A stretch of 64,000 nucleotides of DNA, taken from positions 98,828,001 to 98,892,000 of the forward strand of contig NC_043000.1 of the NCBI RefSeq assembly GCF_006345805.1. Reading direction: 5' to 3'. Numbering within the stretch: position 1 is the stretch's first letter; every line of letters starts with the position of its first letter. This stretch comes from Octopus sinensis. Its lineage: Eukaryota. Both the position numbers and the translations under genes were made by a program. Shown here piece by piece: positions 39,850 through 51,539 of this stretch. The notes under the pieces are model-generated. The model was given only the letters and a program-made list of their open reading frames with translations. It had not been told where the DNA came from and searched no databases.

Positions 39850-40285
39850 TAAAGACACAGGGCCTGAAATTTTGGGGGAGGGAATAGTCGATTACATCGA
39901 TTTCATTGCTCAACTGATACACATTTTATCGACACCGAGAGGATCAAAGCAAAGTCAATCTCGGCGGAATTTGAACTCAGAACATAAAGACGGGAAAATG
40001 CCGCTAAATGTTTTGTGCGGCATGCTAACGACTCTGCCGAATGATCACCTTAAAGTGACAATTGTAATATTGGTTTCAAATTTAGGCACAAGGCCAGTAA
40101 TTTCGGGAAAGCGATAATTGACTACACCGAACCTCCCAGTCCTCAACTGATATTTATTATATCGACAGCGAAAGGATGAAAGACAAAGTCGGCCTCGGCG
40201 GGATATGAATTCAAATTGTAAATACAGACGAAATGCCGCTAAATATTTTACCTGGTGTGCTAACGATTCTCTTAGCTCTCTACCA
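39850..40285 (-). mobile_element. Two adjacent SINE family B copies (39850-40050, 40075-40285)
   Basis: Each has ...aaagtc.acctcggcgg.atttgaa.tca...ccgctaa...gctaacga. Confidence 0.8.
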
Positions 40286-40469
40286 TAAAGTAATAATTAT
40301 AATATTGCATCCACATCGTTAAGAGTTCAGTCTCACTTTGCGCGGCACTTTGAGCAAGTGTATTTTACTATATATAGCCTCGGGCTGATGAATGCTTTCT
40401 AAGTGAATGTAGTAGAAAAAACCTGAGTGGAAACCTGTCGTATAAAGATATACATACATTTTTTGTTTA

Positions 40470-40620
40470 ATTTGTTTCCGTCATTAGACTGCTGCCAAGC
40501 TGGGGCACCGCAGTACTCATCCTTTTAAGCTACTATTCATTCTATGGGCTTCTGTTGCCGAGTCGCTAAGTTACGTGGATGTAAACACCGGTTGTCGAAC
40601 GGTAGTGGAGGACAAACACA
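40470..40620 (-). mobile_element. SINE family A 3' half
   Basis: gactgctgccaagctggggcaccgc...gctaagttacgtggatgtaaacaccggttgtc. Confidence 0.7.
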
Positions 40621-41199
40621 CACTCACACACATTATCCGAAGTGTAGAGTATCATATATCCATTACAGTCGATCGTAGCAATTGGTTTCGTGCTAGGGAT
40701 TCAATGGAGTGTTAAGTAACAATCTGATTATGTAATCCTAAGCTCACCAGAGGTAACCAATATGGAATGAAATATGGCGACTGCTCTCTATAGTTGGAGG
40801 CGAACAGACACATCTGGTTTGCGGTTGCTGTGAAAAAGGGTGATGAAACGAAACGAGTAGGGGATTAATTTAAGAGCTATGTCCCTTGGTACCAAAACAT
40901 CGCCACTGGGTTGGTTATGTTCCAAGTTGGTAAGAGTTACGTTGTAGTGTTTGTGGGAAATGTGCGCGTCCTTAAGGCTGGTGCTCTAATGGAAATGGAA
41001 TATACGTACTGGTACTATATATATAACCTTTGCAGGAGGTGTGGGCATACACCTGTATTCGTTAGTGTGTTTTCTTTCTTTCATGTATTGGTTAAGTTCG
41101 TGGGGCCTTTATGTGTGGACGCGGTGAACGTAACGCTACAATGTGTCTGTGAGTATATATAAGGAGTGGTGGAAAACAGTCTCTTTGGTAGGTGTTCGC

Positions 41200-41700
41200 C
41201 ATGTTGGGGCGTGCGTGTTTGTATGCGGGTACGTTAGTGTATGCTCTGGTCAAACTCTCTGCCGGGCTCCAGGGTATTGGTAGAAGGCCGAAGCTGAGGG
41301 ACTAGTATTTGTAGTTATGATTTGGAACGCAAGTATGATAGAATGTATTTCCTTTCATGTAGGCAAGGATTAAAAATTTCGCTTGTGATATTCAGGTGCT
41401 GGGTGATCTTTTAAATCGCTCTTTTCTCAAACAGGCATAACCTGTACTTTCTGCTGCTAGTGAAGTACGGCTTACATTTTCTGATAATTTCCACTCTATG
41501 CTGCATTGCGTGGCGCTTTCTTTCAAAGACCAAACGTGCTTGGCCAGGATTCTGATGTTACGTCTCTCCGGGATGTTGAAGAAGGACTTGTGGTTGTTAT
41601 AGCGAGTTTTGAAGGGACTTTCAGTTGCTCTCAGATACATTCTCACGTTTAATTGCCCATTTGTTCCTATGGCTGTTACCTCTGCGCCTCGTATACGACG
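41200..41700 (-). mobile_element. Penelope-like GIY-YIG endonuclease C-terminal remnant
   Basis: YLRATESPFKTRYNNHKSFF...LAKHVWSLKE...IEWK and LNITSEIFNPCLH (cf. FKxRYNNHK..SKHIWxLK..W..LNKRSE...CRH). Confidence 0.8.
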
Positions 41701-42550
41701 GTCTCCGTGTTACAGTGACCGTATGTATCTTTAAAAAAAATTTATTAACAATATGCAGTCGAGAGTTCACATAAACACCCCTCTCCAACCCTTCCAACAT
41801 TTACCCTGCTGAACATTCAAAAGAGAGAGAAAGAGATTTATGCCAACAGTGAGCTAGGAAATAAGTTGAAAAGTAAACTAGCATTCGGTTGGATTTGAAC
41901 CCACAGCCAGAACAAATATAACATATTTTAGCAGAGGTTTTAACGACTTTGTTAGACAACTGCCTTAAAACACACGCAGTAATCTTAAAAATTGAACGAC
42001 GCATTGGATTATATAGTCCTGGATACAACGTCGCGGCTTGAACGTTTTTGATCATAGGTCTGCTCAATCAAACTTTATCTCAGTCGAAACAACAGCAACC
42101 ATAATTATAGCATCAAACGATTAAGCCTAGCATAGAGAAAGTTTGTAATCGATAATCAACCAAAGAAAAATGTTTTTAAAAATGGCAAAAAATAAAGAAA
42201 ACAGAACCCAGATTTGCGTACTTTTTCCCTAGACGTGTTTAAAAAAATAAATACGATATTCAGTAAACAGAATAAAATAAGTGGTCTAAGTGTAGTGTAG
42301 AAAAAGTAGCATGGTTATAGGAAAGACGACTCCTCAAACACATCGCAATTAGCTAAACTGGTTGAACTTAATTCCATATTATTTACTGTGATTATATCCT
42401 CCAGAGAAAACATTCAAATCACAAAATACATTTTCGCTTCTCCGATAAATATATATTTTCTTTCATGTGTAAATGTAAGCTTAGATACAGGGATATAGGT
42501 ATATACAGGCACGCAGATACACAATCTGCACACAGGTTCACACATACTTT

Positions 42551-42596
<46 letters not shown>

Positions 42597-42601
<5 letters not shown>

Positions 42602-43410
42602 TAAATATTAGGGAATAAAACCAAATTTACAGGGAAAAAATCAGATTTAGGATTAAACCCAATTTTATAGTAAAATATTATAAAATATTATTAGAGACAA
42701 AACCACTATTTTGCGATGTCTGTTGGTTTATCGCATTGTTTTCATTCATAATTTTTAAGTAGTGTTCGTTTTACCAAGTGAATATAATTTTTAATTCCAT
42801 TTATTCCATTTCTCCGTTCATAATTTTAAGTGATGTCCGTTTTCTAGAGCGTGAATGGGGGTTGTATGTGTGTGTGTGTGGGAGTATGATAAGTATTGTG
42901 TTGAAGTATTTAGCTATTTTATTTATTTATAGTTGCCTAGACGTTTTTATGTGTATGTATAGGGATATATATATAGGGTGTGGATTTAGTGTATGTAGTT
43001 GATATGGTTATATATAATTAGGTATATGTGTATGGGTGTATATATAGTTTATTATTATATTTATTATTTTTGTTTTTTTTATATTTTATATTTCATATTT
43101 TATATTTTATATTTAATTGGTGATAGGTTTATTTTAGTTTATATATTGTTTAATATTGATTATATATGGATTATATATAGGTTATATATGGATTATATAT
43201 TTATATTTTTTCATTCATACTTTATTATTTAAAATTATTATTTTATATTTTAAATATTGATATTTTAGATTGGAAGTCCACCTGAAGATTGTCGATCAAG
43301 ACAAGAAACAATTGTAGTGGCGGTTTTTTGACTATTTATTAAAATTTTATGTATTGATTAAGTCTTTCCTTGTTTGTTTTGCAAATAGTGGTTTTGTCTC
43401 TTAATATATT
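42597..43410 (+). mobile_element. PLE 3' region/terminal repeat (family P6) with short inverted 5' copy
   Basis: 42686-42714 is the reverse complement of 43381-43410. Strand-skewed interior. Flanked by (TA)n. Contains a canonical HHR. Confidence 0.7.
43278..43320 (+). ncRNA. Canonical minimal type-I hammerhead ribozyme motif
   Basis: CCAC-CUGAAGA-UUGUC/GAUCAA/GACAA-GAAAC-AAUU-GUA|GUGG. All three stems pair. Predicted cut at 43316/43317. Confidence 0.8.
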
Positions 43411-43450
43411 TTTATATAATATATATATATATATATATATACATATACAT

Positions 43451-43481
<31 letters not shown>

Positions 43482-44809
43482 CACACGTAAGTGCATACAC
43501 ACGTACATACATTTGACCGATGATTGAAAAGAATATTGATGCAACTTAATTAGAAGAGTGACCAAGTTATAACCGGCCAGACATTGTGTGAGACCACAAG
43601 GAAAAGATATGTTCTGCAAATAGGCTGACCTCTGGACATTAATGTGTTTAGAAAAATGCAAGAGCAAGAGGACATCTATGGACCATTCATAAGGTGTTTG
43701 CAAATCCAATACCCAGCATACAATTTCAGCTTCATGACTATTATTACGAGAGCAACAGGCTACCTACAATCCTGTCTGGAGCAAAGTATGACGGGATTTC
43801 GGGTTTTTAGGGACGGAACGTAAGTCCTTAATTCATACACTACAAAGGATCACGATATCAGGAACAATGGAATACTGCAAGACATTCTTAAGATTTTAAG
43901 GATGACGAAAACGAAATAAGATTCTTTCATTCCCAATCTTGCTACCAAGTAGGACGCCGATCAAAATTTATACAAGATTAAAAAATAAAAGAACATACAC
44001 ACACATATACATATATATATACATATAAATATAATACACATACACACACGCACACACACATATATATATATGTATACATACGTATACATATAGGTATGAA
44101 TATTTAAGTATATATATATATATACACACACACATGCACATATTCATGTAGATATGTATCATATATGTATATGTGTGTGTATGTATATGTATATGTATAT
44201 ATATATATATACATATATATATGTGTGTGTGTGTGTATGAGAAGCATCTTTGTAGACAGATTTATTGGAATATTTAGATGACTACGACGGAGAGACATTC
44301 AGCAGTAGGCAAGGGCTTTTAATATTAGTATGAGCACCTGCATTATTTATATACATTTTTCTGGAAAAGTTATGTGTTTGTATCTTTTGCACATTAAAAA
44401 TAAACGTGTCAAGTTTTTTATCAACCAAAGACAGAGAGAGCAACCGAGAAAGAGAAAAAGAGAGAGGTAAAGAGAGGGAGAAAGGGTGCGAGAGAGAGAC
44501 AGAGAGAGACAGGGATAGATAGATAGAGAGAAAGAAACAGTGAGAAAGAGCCTAAGAGAATCGTTCAATACAAACACTGATTATATTAAGATCGGTAAAG
44601 TTGAAACGGTAAACAGAAAATATATGTTTGCGGCCGTAATGTCGATAAATGGATTAGAACTTCTCTGCGTGAAGAATATTTTACAAGTGGTGCTATAATC
44701 TCCGAAATTAATATGGAAAACGTTATCAGCAACTTAGAGAACTGGTCTGTTATATCAATTTTGCAGATAGACACCTACACACACCATATACACACCACAC
44801 ACACACACA

Positions 44810-44856
<47 letters not shown>

Positions 44857-45024
44857 GTATATATATATGTACATACACACGTGTGTGTGCGCGCTCGCGT
44901 GTGTATGTACACAGATACAAGACATAAGTTGTGCTGAATGAAGCGACACGTTACCAAAATATTTGGCCGCTTTATTTACATTATTTACATTTGACGGATA
45001 TTTGTCCTAGTCTTGTTTGTTGTT

Positions 45025-45070
45025 AACACAACGTTTCGGCTGATATACCCTCCAGTCTTCATCAGGTGTC
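45025..45070 (-). ncRNA. Minimal type-I hammerhead motif (P2 family)
   Basis: GACAC-CUGAUGA-A-GACUG/CAGCC (one mismatch)-GAAAC-GUU-GUGUU. Confidence 0.7.
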
Positions 45071-46684
45071 TTGGGGAAATTTCGAACCTGGGTTCTCATT
45101 CCTAAGGTATTTTCGGTGTTGTTGTTGTTGCTATTATTATCATTATTATTATTCAGATTACTGCCTGGAATTGTCACAGGTCTTGATCAAGAACAAGTAT
45201 CATTTTACACCAATAAAGTACAGACAACTCACTCACACTACAGTAAACTACCACACATGTACTGACTCCCTACGGTTTATAAGGATGATATGCCATTAAG
45301 ACATATAGTGAAGTGTAGAGGTTAAGCATGTCATCCACTGAGCCGCTTCCTTGTGGATATAATCAGACCATTAGCAGCAAAGTCAACATCGTACATGAAG
45401 AATTCCACCCACTTCACAGAACTGATCAAGGATACCCCATTCGATCCAACTAGATGGTGGGTCTAGATGTGATAAGTCTGTTCACCAAAGTCCCGACTGG
45501 TGAAGCACTATCGGTGATTCAAGAAAAACTAGTGACAGAGACCCATCTAAAAGAACGCACTAGTATACAAATAAGAAACTTGATGGAAATGATGACCTTC
45601 TGTGTAGAAACTACCTACTTCCCTATGGACACTGATATATATCGACAAAACGAGGGTTTAGCTATGGGTTGCCTATTATCACCGACGATAGCCAATATAT
45701 ACATGGAATACTTTGAAAATTTGGCTTTAGGATCAACACCACTAAAACCAACCCTATGGCTGCGATATGCTGATGACACCTTTATACTCTGGCCCCACCA
45801 GGAAGATGTCCAAGTGCCGTTAGATCATGTGAACTAAAAAAAGGCATCCATACAGTTCACAATGGAAAAGGAAAAAAGAAAAAAGAAAATCAGCTAGCAT
45901 TCCTGGACGTATTGATAACACGCACCAAGTATGGTTTTAGGACATCCGTATACCGCAAGACGACCTTCACTGGACGATACCTCAACTTCAATTCCCACCA
46001 TCCATACAGTGTAAAGAGAGGGATTGCTCAATGCCTAGAACATCGAGCAAATAATATAAGTAGCGATCCTGGTACACACCATGAAGAAATGATCAAGCTC
46101 AATAACAATCTATTAAGCCACAATTACCCCCAAAACATACTATCCACTCCAATTATGAAGAAAAGAGGGAATAAAACCAATAAACTGTCTACAGTCTGTC
46201 TACCCTATGTGAAAGGCCTCTCCAAAAAGATATGCAGCACATATGACATCAGGACAGTATTCAAGAGTAATTCAAAACTTCGCAAATGTCTCCTTCGAGT
46301 AAAACCACACATAGAAGAGAATATGACCAAAGACCGCGTGTCATCCATCCCATGCAGCTGTGGTAGGTTATACAAAGGTGAAACATGCCACCCCATCAAA
46401 ATAAGGATATACGAACATCGCAAAGGTGTGACACGAGGAGATATTGATAAATCGGGTATAGCTGATCATAAATGGAAAAATGGAGATCACCTCCCCCTGT
46501 GGGATGAAATTATAATAATAGACAGAGAACACCACAGGAAAATACAAAAACTAAAAGAAGCAGCACATATTCTAGGACACAACAACCTCCTAATCAGACT
46601 GAGTAGCATATGGGAACTGGTATTAAGAAACGATAAGAAAATATTAGATTTATAAGCCCTAAAATTCACTCCATAATTGCCCAC

Positions 46685-46750
46685 GGGCATATGGTGTAGT
46701 GGTTAAGAGAGAAGGCTACTAACCCTAGATCAATTCTAGGCAGTGACCTG
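46685..46750 (+). promoter_or_regulatory. tRNA-like head with Pol III A-box and partly deleted B-box at the start of the PLE 3' terminal repeat
   Basis: TGGTGTAGTGG A-box and GGCTACTAACC anticodon-like arm. The B-box GAGTTCGATTCC is intact in the 6995-7006 copy. Confidence 0.6.
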
Positions 46751-46880
46751 AATTATTAACAATAATAATGATATTAATAATAATAACAACATCGAAAAAT
46801 ACCTTAGGAATGAGAACCCAGGTTCGAAATTTCTCCAAGGCACTTCATGAAAGCTGGAGGGTATATCAGACGAAACGTAC

Positions 46881-47050
46881 ATAATTTCTCATCTCCTAAA
46901 TATAGAACTGTATTTGGGCGTTGTAGGTCAGTTGTGTACTCGACTTCACTTATACTCGACGTGTTTTGACAATCCTTCATAACTCTAGATAGGCTTCTGC
47001 GCAGCGTTAGCGCGCCTTTATGCTTGCGTACTCGGTGTCGGCCCGGTCTT
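46881..47050 (-). CDS. Candidate host-gene exon (…MKDCQNTSSISEVEYTTDLQRPNTVLYLGDEKL)
   Basis: CpG-rich non-repetitive stretch with 56 open codons and donor GTACGT. Its phase-1 end is compatible with 33462-33489. The acceptor is weak, so it may be a first exon using the internal ATG. Confidence 0.35.
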
Positions 47051-47149
47051 CTGAAACATCCGTTACTTTTTCTTTGCTCCTCGCACGCACGCACAAACAC
47101 ACACACACACAAACGCATATATTTATATATCATAAATAACATATTATAT

Positions 47150-47415
47150 ATATCACATGATCACATGACCGACCAGTCCATCAGATGTAGTTACACATCG
47201 CTGGTCACAATGCGTTCGCATTTTTTTAGCCTTCGAATGACGCCACCCCGCTGGCTAAGCGAGCAGGCCAACAGAAGAAAGAGTGGGAGAAAGAGTGGTG
47301 AAAGAGTACAGCAGGGATCACCACCCCCTGCCAGAGCGTCGTGGAGCTTTTAGGTGTTTTCGCTCAATAAACACTCACAACGCCCGGTCTGGGAATCGAA
47401 ACCGCGATCCTACGT
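47150..47415 (-). mobile_element. tRNA-derived SINE family D, 5' tip missing
   Basis: B-box-like GGTTTCGATTCCC near the 5' end and a short tandem (tcatgtga) tail. Confidence 0.6.
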
Positions 47416-47428
47416 TGCGCCTCCACAT

Positions 47429-47470
<42 letters not shown>

Positions 47471-47524
47471 TATTTATTTAATTGAACACAAAAATCAATT
47501 TCCAAGTATATATATATTATATAT

Positions 47525-47593
<69 letters not shown>

Positions 47594-47794
47594 TATGCAT
47601 ACATGAAAGAACAAACATCGTTATAAAGAAAAACTTGAGTTTGCACAAGGAGATGTATTACAAACCGTAACGTGCTTTAAAAAGGTCCTTAGAAGTAAAC
47701 TACTTTTGTTTATCTTATATATTTCGAAGAGTGAAAACCTGTTCGAAATAAGTGCAAGAACATTAATGTGAGAGTATTGATATTAATATATATA

Positions 47795-47925
47795 CGCTCA
47801 GGCGTGATTGTGTGGTGAGAAGTTTCTGATTCAACCACAGTGCGTGGCATCTTGGGCAGCTGTGTTCTAGTAGAAGCCATGTGAGTGGATTTGCTAGACG
47901 AAAACTGAAGGAAGCTCGTCGTGTA
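47795..47925 (+). mobile_element. SINE family A 5' half, deleted
   Basis: gcgtggcatcttgggcag...gtgagtggatttgctagacgaaaactgaaggaagc. Confidence 0.7.
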
Positions 47926-48004
47926 CACACACGCACAAACATACATGCACACATACACACACTCTCTCTCACACACATACACATTTGTAAATAGGATGAG
48001 CTTC

Positions 48005-48233
48005 TTTCAGTTTCTTACTTCTTATTGCCCACAAGGGGCTAAACATAGAGGAGACGCACAAGGGGATTAAGTCGACATCGACCCCAGTGCGTAGTTAGTA
48101 CTTGTTTTATCAACCCCAAAAGGATGAAAGGTAAAGTCGACCTCGGCGTAATTTGAACTCAGAACATAACAGCAGACGAAATACCGCTAAGCATTTCGCC
48201 CGGCGTGCTAACGTTTCTGCCTCCTCGTCTCCT
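48005..48233 (-). mobile_element. SINE family B, well preserved
   Basis: Reverse complement is ggcagaaacgttagcacgccgggcgaaatgcttagcgg...gttctgagttcaaattacgccgaggtcgacttt.cctttcatcctttt ggggttgataa. Confidence 0.85.
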
Positions 48234-49421
48234 TTATGTACACATAATAAATAAGCTCGGCTTCTTTCAGTTTCTGTCTACCAATTCCCCCCATAAGGCG
48301 TCTATACATAGTAGAACACACCTACCATAGGTATATATATATACTTTGATACTTTGATACTTTGATAGGTTTCGGCCATTATTGGCCCAGGCCATGTCTA
48401 ACTTAATAGCACCACCTGGTGCTATATATATATATATATATGTATGTCTAAGTTCACCGAATGGTATTTGTCTGTAAGTGAGTAATAAAATTTTCTCTCA
48501 ATGTAGTGTGATTCGCTTGCATAAAGCCACTCCGTTGTATATTATGCAATTCTGTCTTTATCCTGAACAAGTTCCTAATAAACTTGGCTTCATGACATGG
48601 AGTTAAATCATGCTTTATATTTGAATCATTGGTTTTGTTAAACATAGAATTCTTGACACTTCGGATAAATTACGAAGATCCCATAGCTAGATTGCCACAC
48701 ATCTTTGAGAATTCATTTCGTTGTTGTTGAATATAAGTTAGTATTTGTTGATATTCTCTTTATATCGATTGCAGTTACATCTTTTTATCCTTTGTATTTC
48801 GTCTTTAAGTTCATCCATGCTCCACCCGAGGTCTGTTTTGTTATTTTTCACTATTTTGTTCAAACATATAACACGTATGTATGCATGCATGTATGTACGT
48901 ATGTATGTACGAATGCATGTATGTCTGTACGTACATATGCAAGTTATGCATGTAAATAGACGAGCACATACACACACATACCACACACTTCTGCGCACAT
49001 GCACACACATTTGAGGAATATATTTGAACAAAATATTGTGGAAGATAACATAATAGACCTCAGGAAGGAATGAAATTGTGTATGTGTGTATGTATGTATG
49101 TATATATTATAGATAGATGGATGAGGTTAAGACGTAGATACAAAGGCAACCGGAAGAAGGAGAGACAAAAAGAAAGAGATGGAGAGAGATGGGGTGTGAA
49201 AAGGTGAGAGAAAGAGAGAGGCAGCGGGAGAACTTGGGTGAAGTTGAGGTGAGAAGGTGAAGAAAATTAGAAGAAATAACATATTTCATTGAAATAGCTA
49301 TTTGATCGGCATGCAGCTGACATCACCTTGTCGTTGATGCATTTTTGGATGTCTTTACGATGTTGAGTTGTATACCAATATTCCCTGTAGGTATATGTAT
49401 TTGTCAAGTTTCTGAACTTAC

Positions 49422-49442
49422 ATGACAGAGAGAAGACGAGAG
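49422..49442 (-). CDS. Candidate 21-nt microexon
   Basis: Acceptor caatttcAG and donor CAT|GTAAGT. All frames are open. Could be chance. Confidence 0.25.
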
Positions 49443-49844
49443 CTGAAATTGTCATAATGCTGTTTGGTGACAGGTTCTCTTCGCTTAGAATTCCAGGAAA
49501 CACACACACACACACACACACACACGCCTACAAATACACAATACGATACGTACAATGATATAATGGATATGAGGATAAATATTTTGTAGCATCAGAGAAA
49601 ATGCGAAATTTGCAATACACAAGAGGACTCATTTGATAAGAATCCAGCTTAGAGCTATTATTTATAACATCAAATACAAACACAGCTATTATAAAGAGAC
49701 ACGTCAAAATATCATCACCCCCACAACACATACACCCATTATTGCTTTTGTGTGAGTGAGTATATGTAAATGTATATACACACATATACACGTGTATATA
49801 TATACATATATATGCTTATATACGTACACACTAATGGACATTAA

Positions 49845-49953
49845 TGCTGTGGGGCAACAAGTTTACTTTCCAACACTAAGGTTCTGGGTTGAGTGTCCTC
49901 GGGTCAACCAAAGCCTTGTGAGTTGATTTAATGTGCGGAAACTGAAAGAGTAT

Positions 49954-49984
<31 letters not shown>

Positions 49985-50240
49985 GTATGTGTGTGTGTGT
50001 GTGTGCGTGTGTGTTTGTGTGAGAGTGTGTAAGCTTGTGTCTATATTTGTTGCCGACTATTGCTTGACAACCGGTGTTGATGTGTTTGTGACTCTGTAAT
50101 CTAGCACTTCGACAAGGTGGGCGATAGATTAGGTGCAGGTTTTTTAAAAATAAGCACTAGATTAGATTTGTTCTACTAATAGTTCTTCGAGGCGGCATTC
50201 CCAGCATGGTCGCACTCTAATGACTGAAACAAGTAAAGGC
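49845..50240 (+). mobile_element. SINE family A, diverged
   Basis: aaccaaagccttgtgagttgattt...tgcttgacaaccggtgttg...cccagcatggtcgca.tctaatgactgaaacaagtaaa. Confidence 0.75.
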
Positions 50241-50487
50241 AAATAGATCTGTAAATACTGAGTTAAAAATCCTTTGCAAAGCAAAATGTCATGGGCTACT
50301 CGTGAGACTTGAGCCAGTAAGCATGACAGGCGTCTTATCATTAGACCATAACAACCATTCAAACTTTTAACCTAAACAGCGAGAATTGTGTTTTGTTGAC
50401 GTCATGACAATATCGAAACTTCGAGAACGCGGTAATAATTCTTTTTAGGACGAGTAAACCTCGAAGCAAAATTAACTTCTTTTTCAG

Positions 50488-50720
50488 CACGGGTTTTCTT
50501 CCCGAGCCTTAAGAGCAAGCGCGAAATTCACTACGCATGTTTCCGCCTGAAGCAATACGAAAGTGTGAGGGTGTATGCGCATATGAGTATGAGTCTACAA
50601 GTCTATGGAAAGAGCAGAAATACGAATACGAAGACAGAGAAAGTATATTGTTATAGATTTATAAATGTGTGCATTTATATGCTTTAAGCTAGATTTATAT
50701 TTTAACAGAATTTTATAACA
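50488..50720 (+). repeat. Diverged local duplication, copy 1 (copy 2 at 52608-52840)
   Basis: Shared blocks tgaagcaata.g.aagt.tgag, aaagagcagaa and taagctagattt.tat.ttaacagaattttat. Confidence 0.75.
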
Positions 50721-51109
50721 TAACCCAAATCGAACCCTGGATATTGAAAGAGTTTTCATTGACCCTCACAAAATGTTAGTGGGTACATTTGAACCCATTG
50801 CTTCGGAGCCTATGTCATACATCTGGTTGCAGATGAATAATAGCATTGACGTATGCTGTTAGTCACAGAGGGAGTCTATTGATCATGCGTATTATCTTAT
50901 ATTGGTTATCAGAACCTGACACTTTTCATTTATTATTCCACTCTATAGTTCTTAGGTCATTTCCCCAAGTAATTCATCATCTTTATGAAACTTTATTGAG
51001 TACTGTGGTGAAGAATATCTTGCTAAGACTAATCTAAATGTTCCCTGTAGAGTACGTGTCTGCTACACAATGCACACACACAACGCCCACCTACATAAAT
51101 AAGTGCATG

Positions 51110-51173
<64 letters not shown>

Positions 51174-51320
51174 ATATTATATATATATATAATATATATT
51201 ACATATATATATATATAATATATATATATGTGGTGTGTGTGTGTATACGTATATATTGTATGTATATATATTTATGTTTTTATATATACGTGTGTGTGTG
51301 GGGGGGGCCCTATGTATATA

Positions 51321-51539
51321 TACGAGGGGTGCTGAAAATTGCTGGCTTTGAGTAAAAGAAAACACAGGAGGATGAGTTAATTATGATTTTATTCAACATA
51401 TTTCCCGCTAAGATTCACACATTTATTGCAACGGTCCTTCCGTTTTTCTAAACCCTGTAAAAGAACTCGGAATTTTGGGTCTCCAACCAGGCTTTCCTCG
51501 ATACCCTTAAAGCCAGGATCTGTTCAGACATCCCTTGTA
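51321..51539. mobile_element. Mariner-derived MITE
   Basis: TA-flanked terminal inverted repeats tacgaggggtgctgaaaa..ctggcttt / aaagccagg...ttcag.ca.ccc.t.gta. Confidence 0.8.

Larger units (their letters stand above)
44972..46880 (+). mobile_element. 5'-truncated Penelope-like retroelement (RT + C-terminal GIY-YIG) with inverted 5' and direct 3' terminal repeats
   Basis: LDVISLFTKVP, GLAMGCLLSP, WLRYADDTF, FLDVLI, YLNFNSHHP, LPYVKGLS, SIPCSCGRLYKGET..RIYEH. Has stops and frameshifts. 44972-45172 is the reverse complement of the terminal-repeat sequence. Confidence 0.93.

Noticed and set aside
39523-39858. 111-aa minus-strand ORF in unique sequence
   Set aside because: No recognisable domain or convincing splice sites; its start overlaps a SINE-B edge
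46685-46750. Functional tRNA genes (also the SINE heads at 2050-2123, 56010-56088 and 58530-58600)
   Set aside because: Acceptor and T stems do not pair properly and there is no oligo-T terminator; they are embedded in repeats
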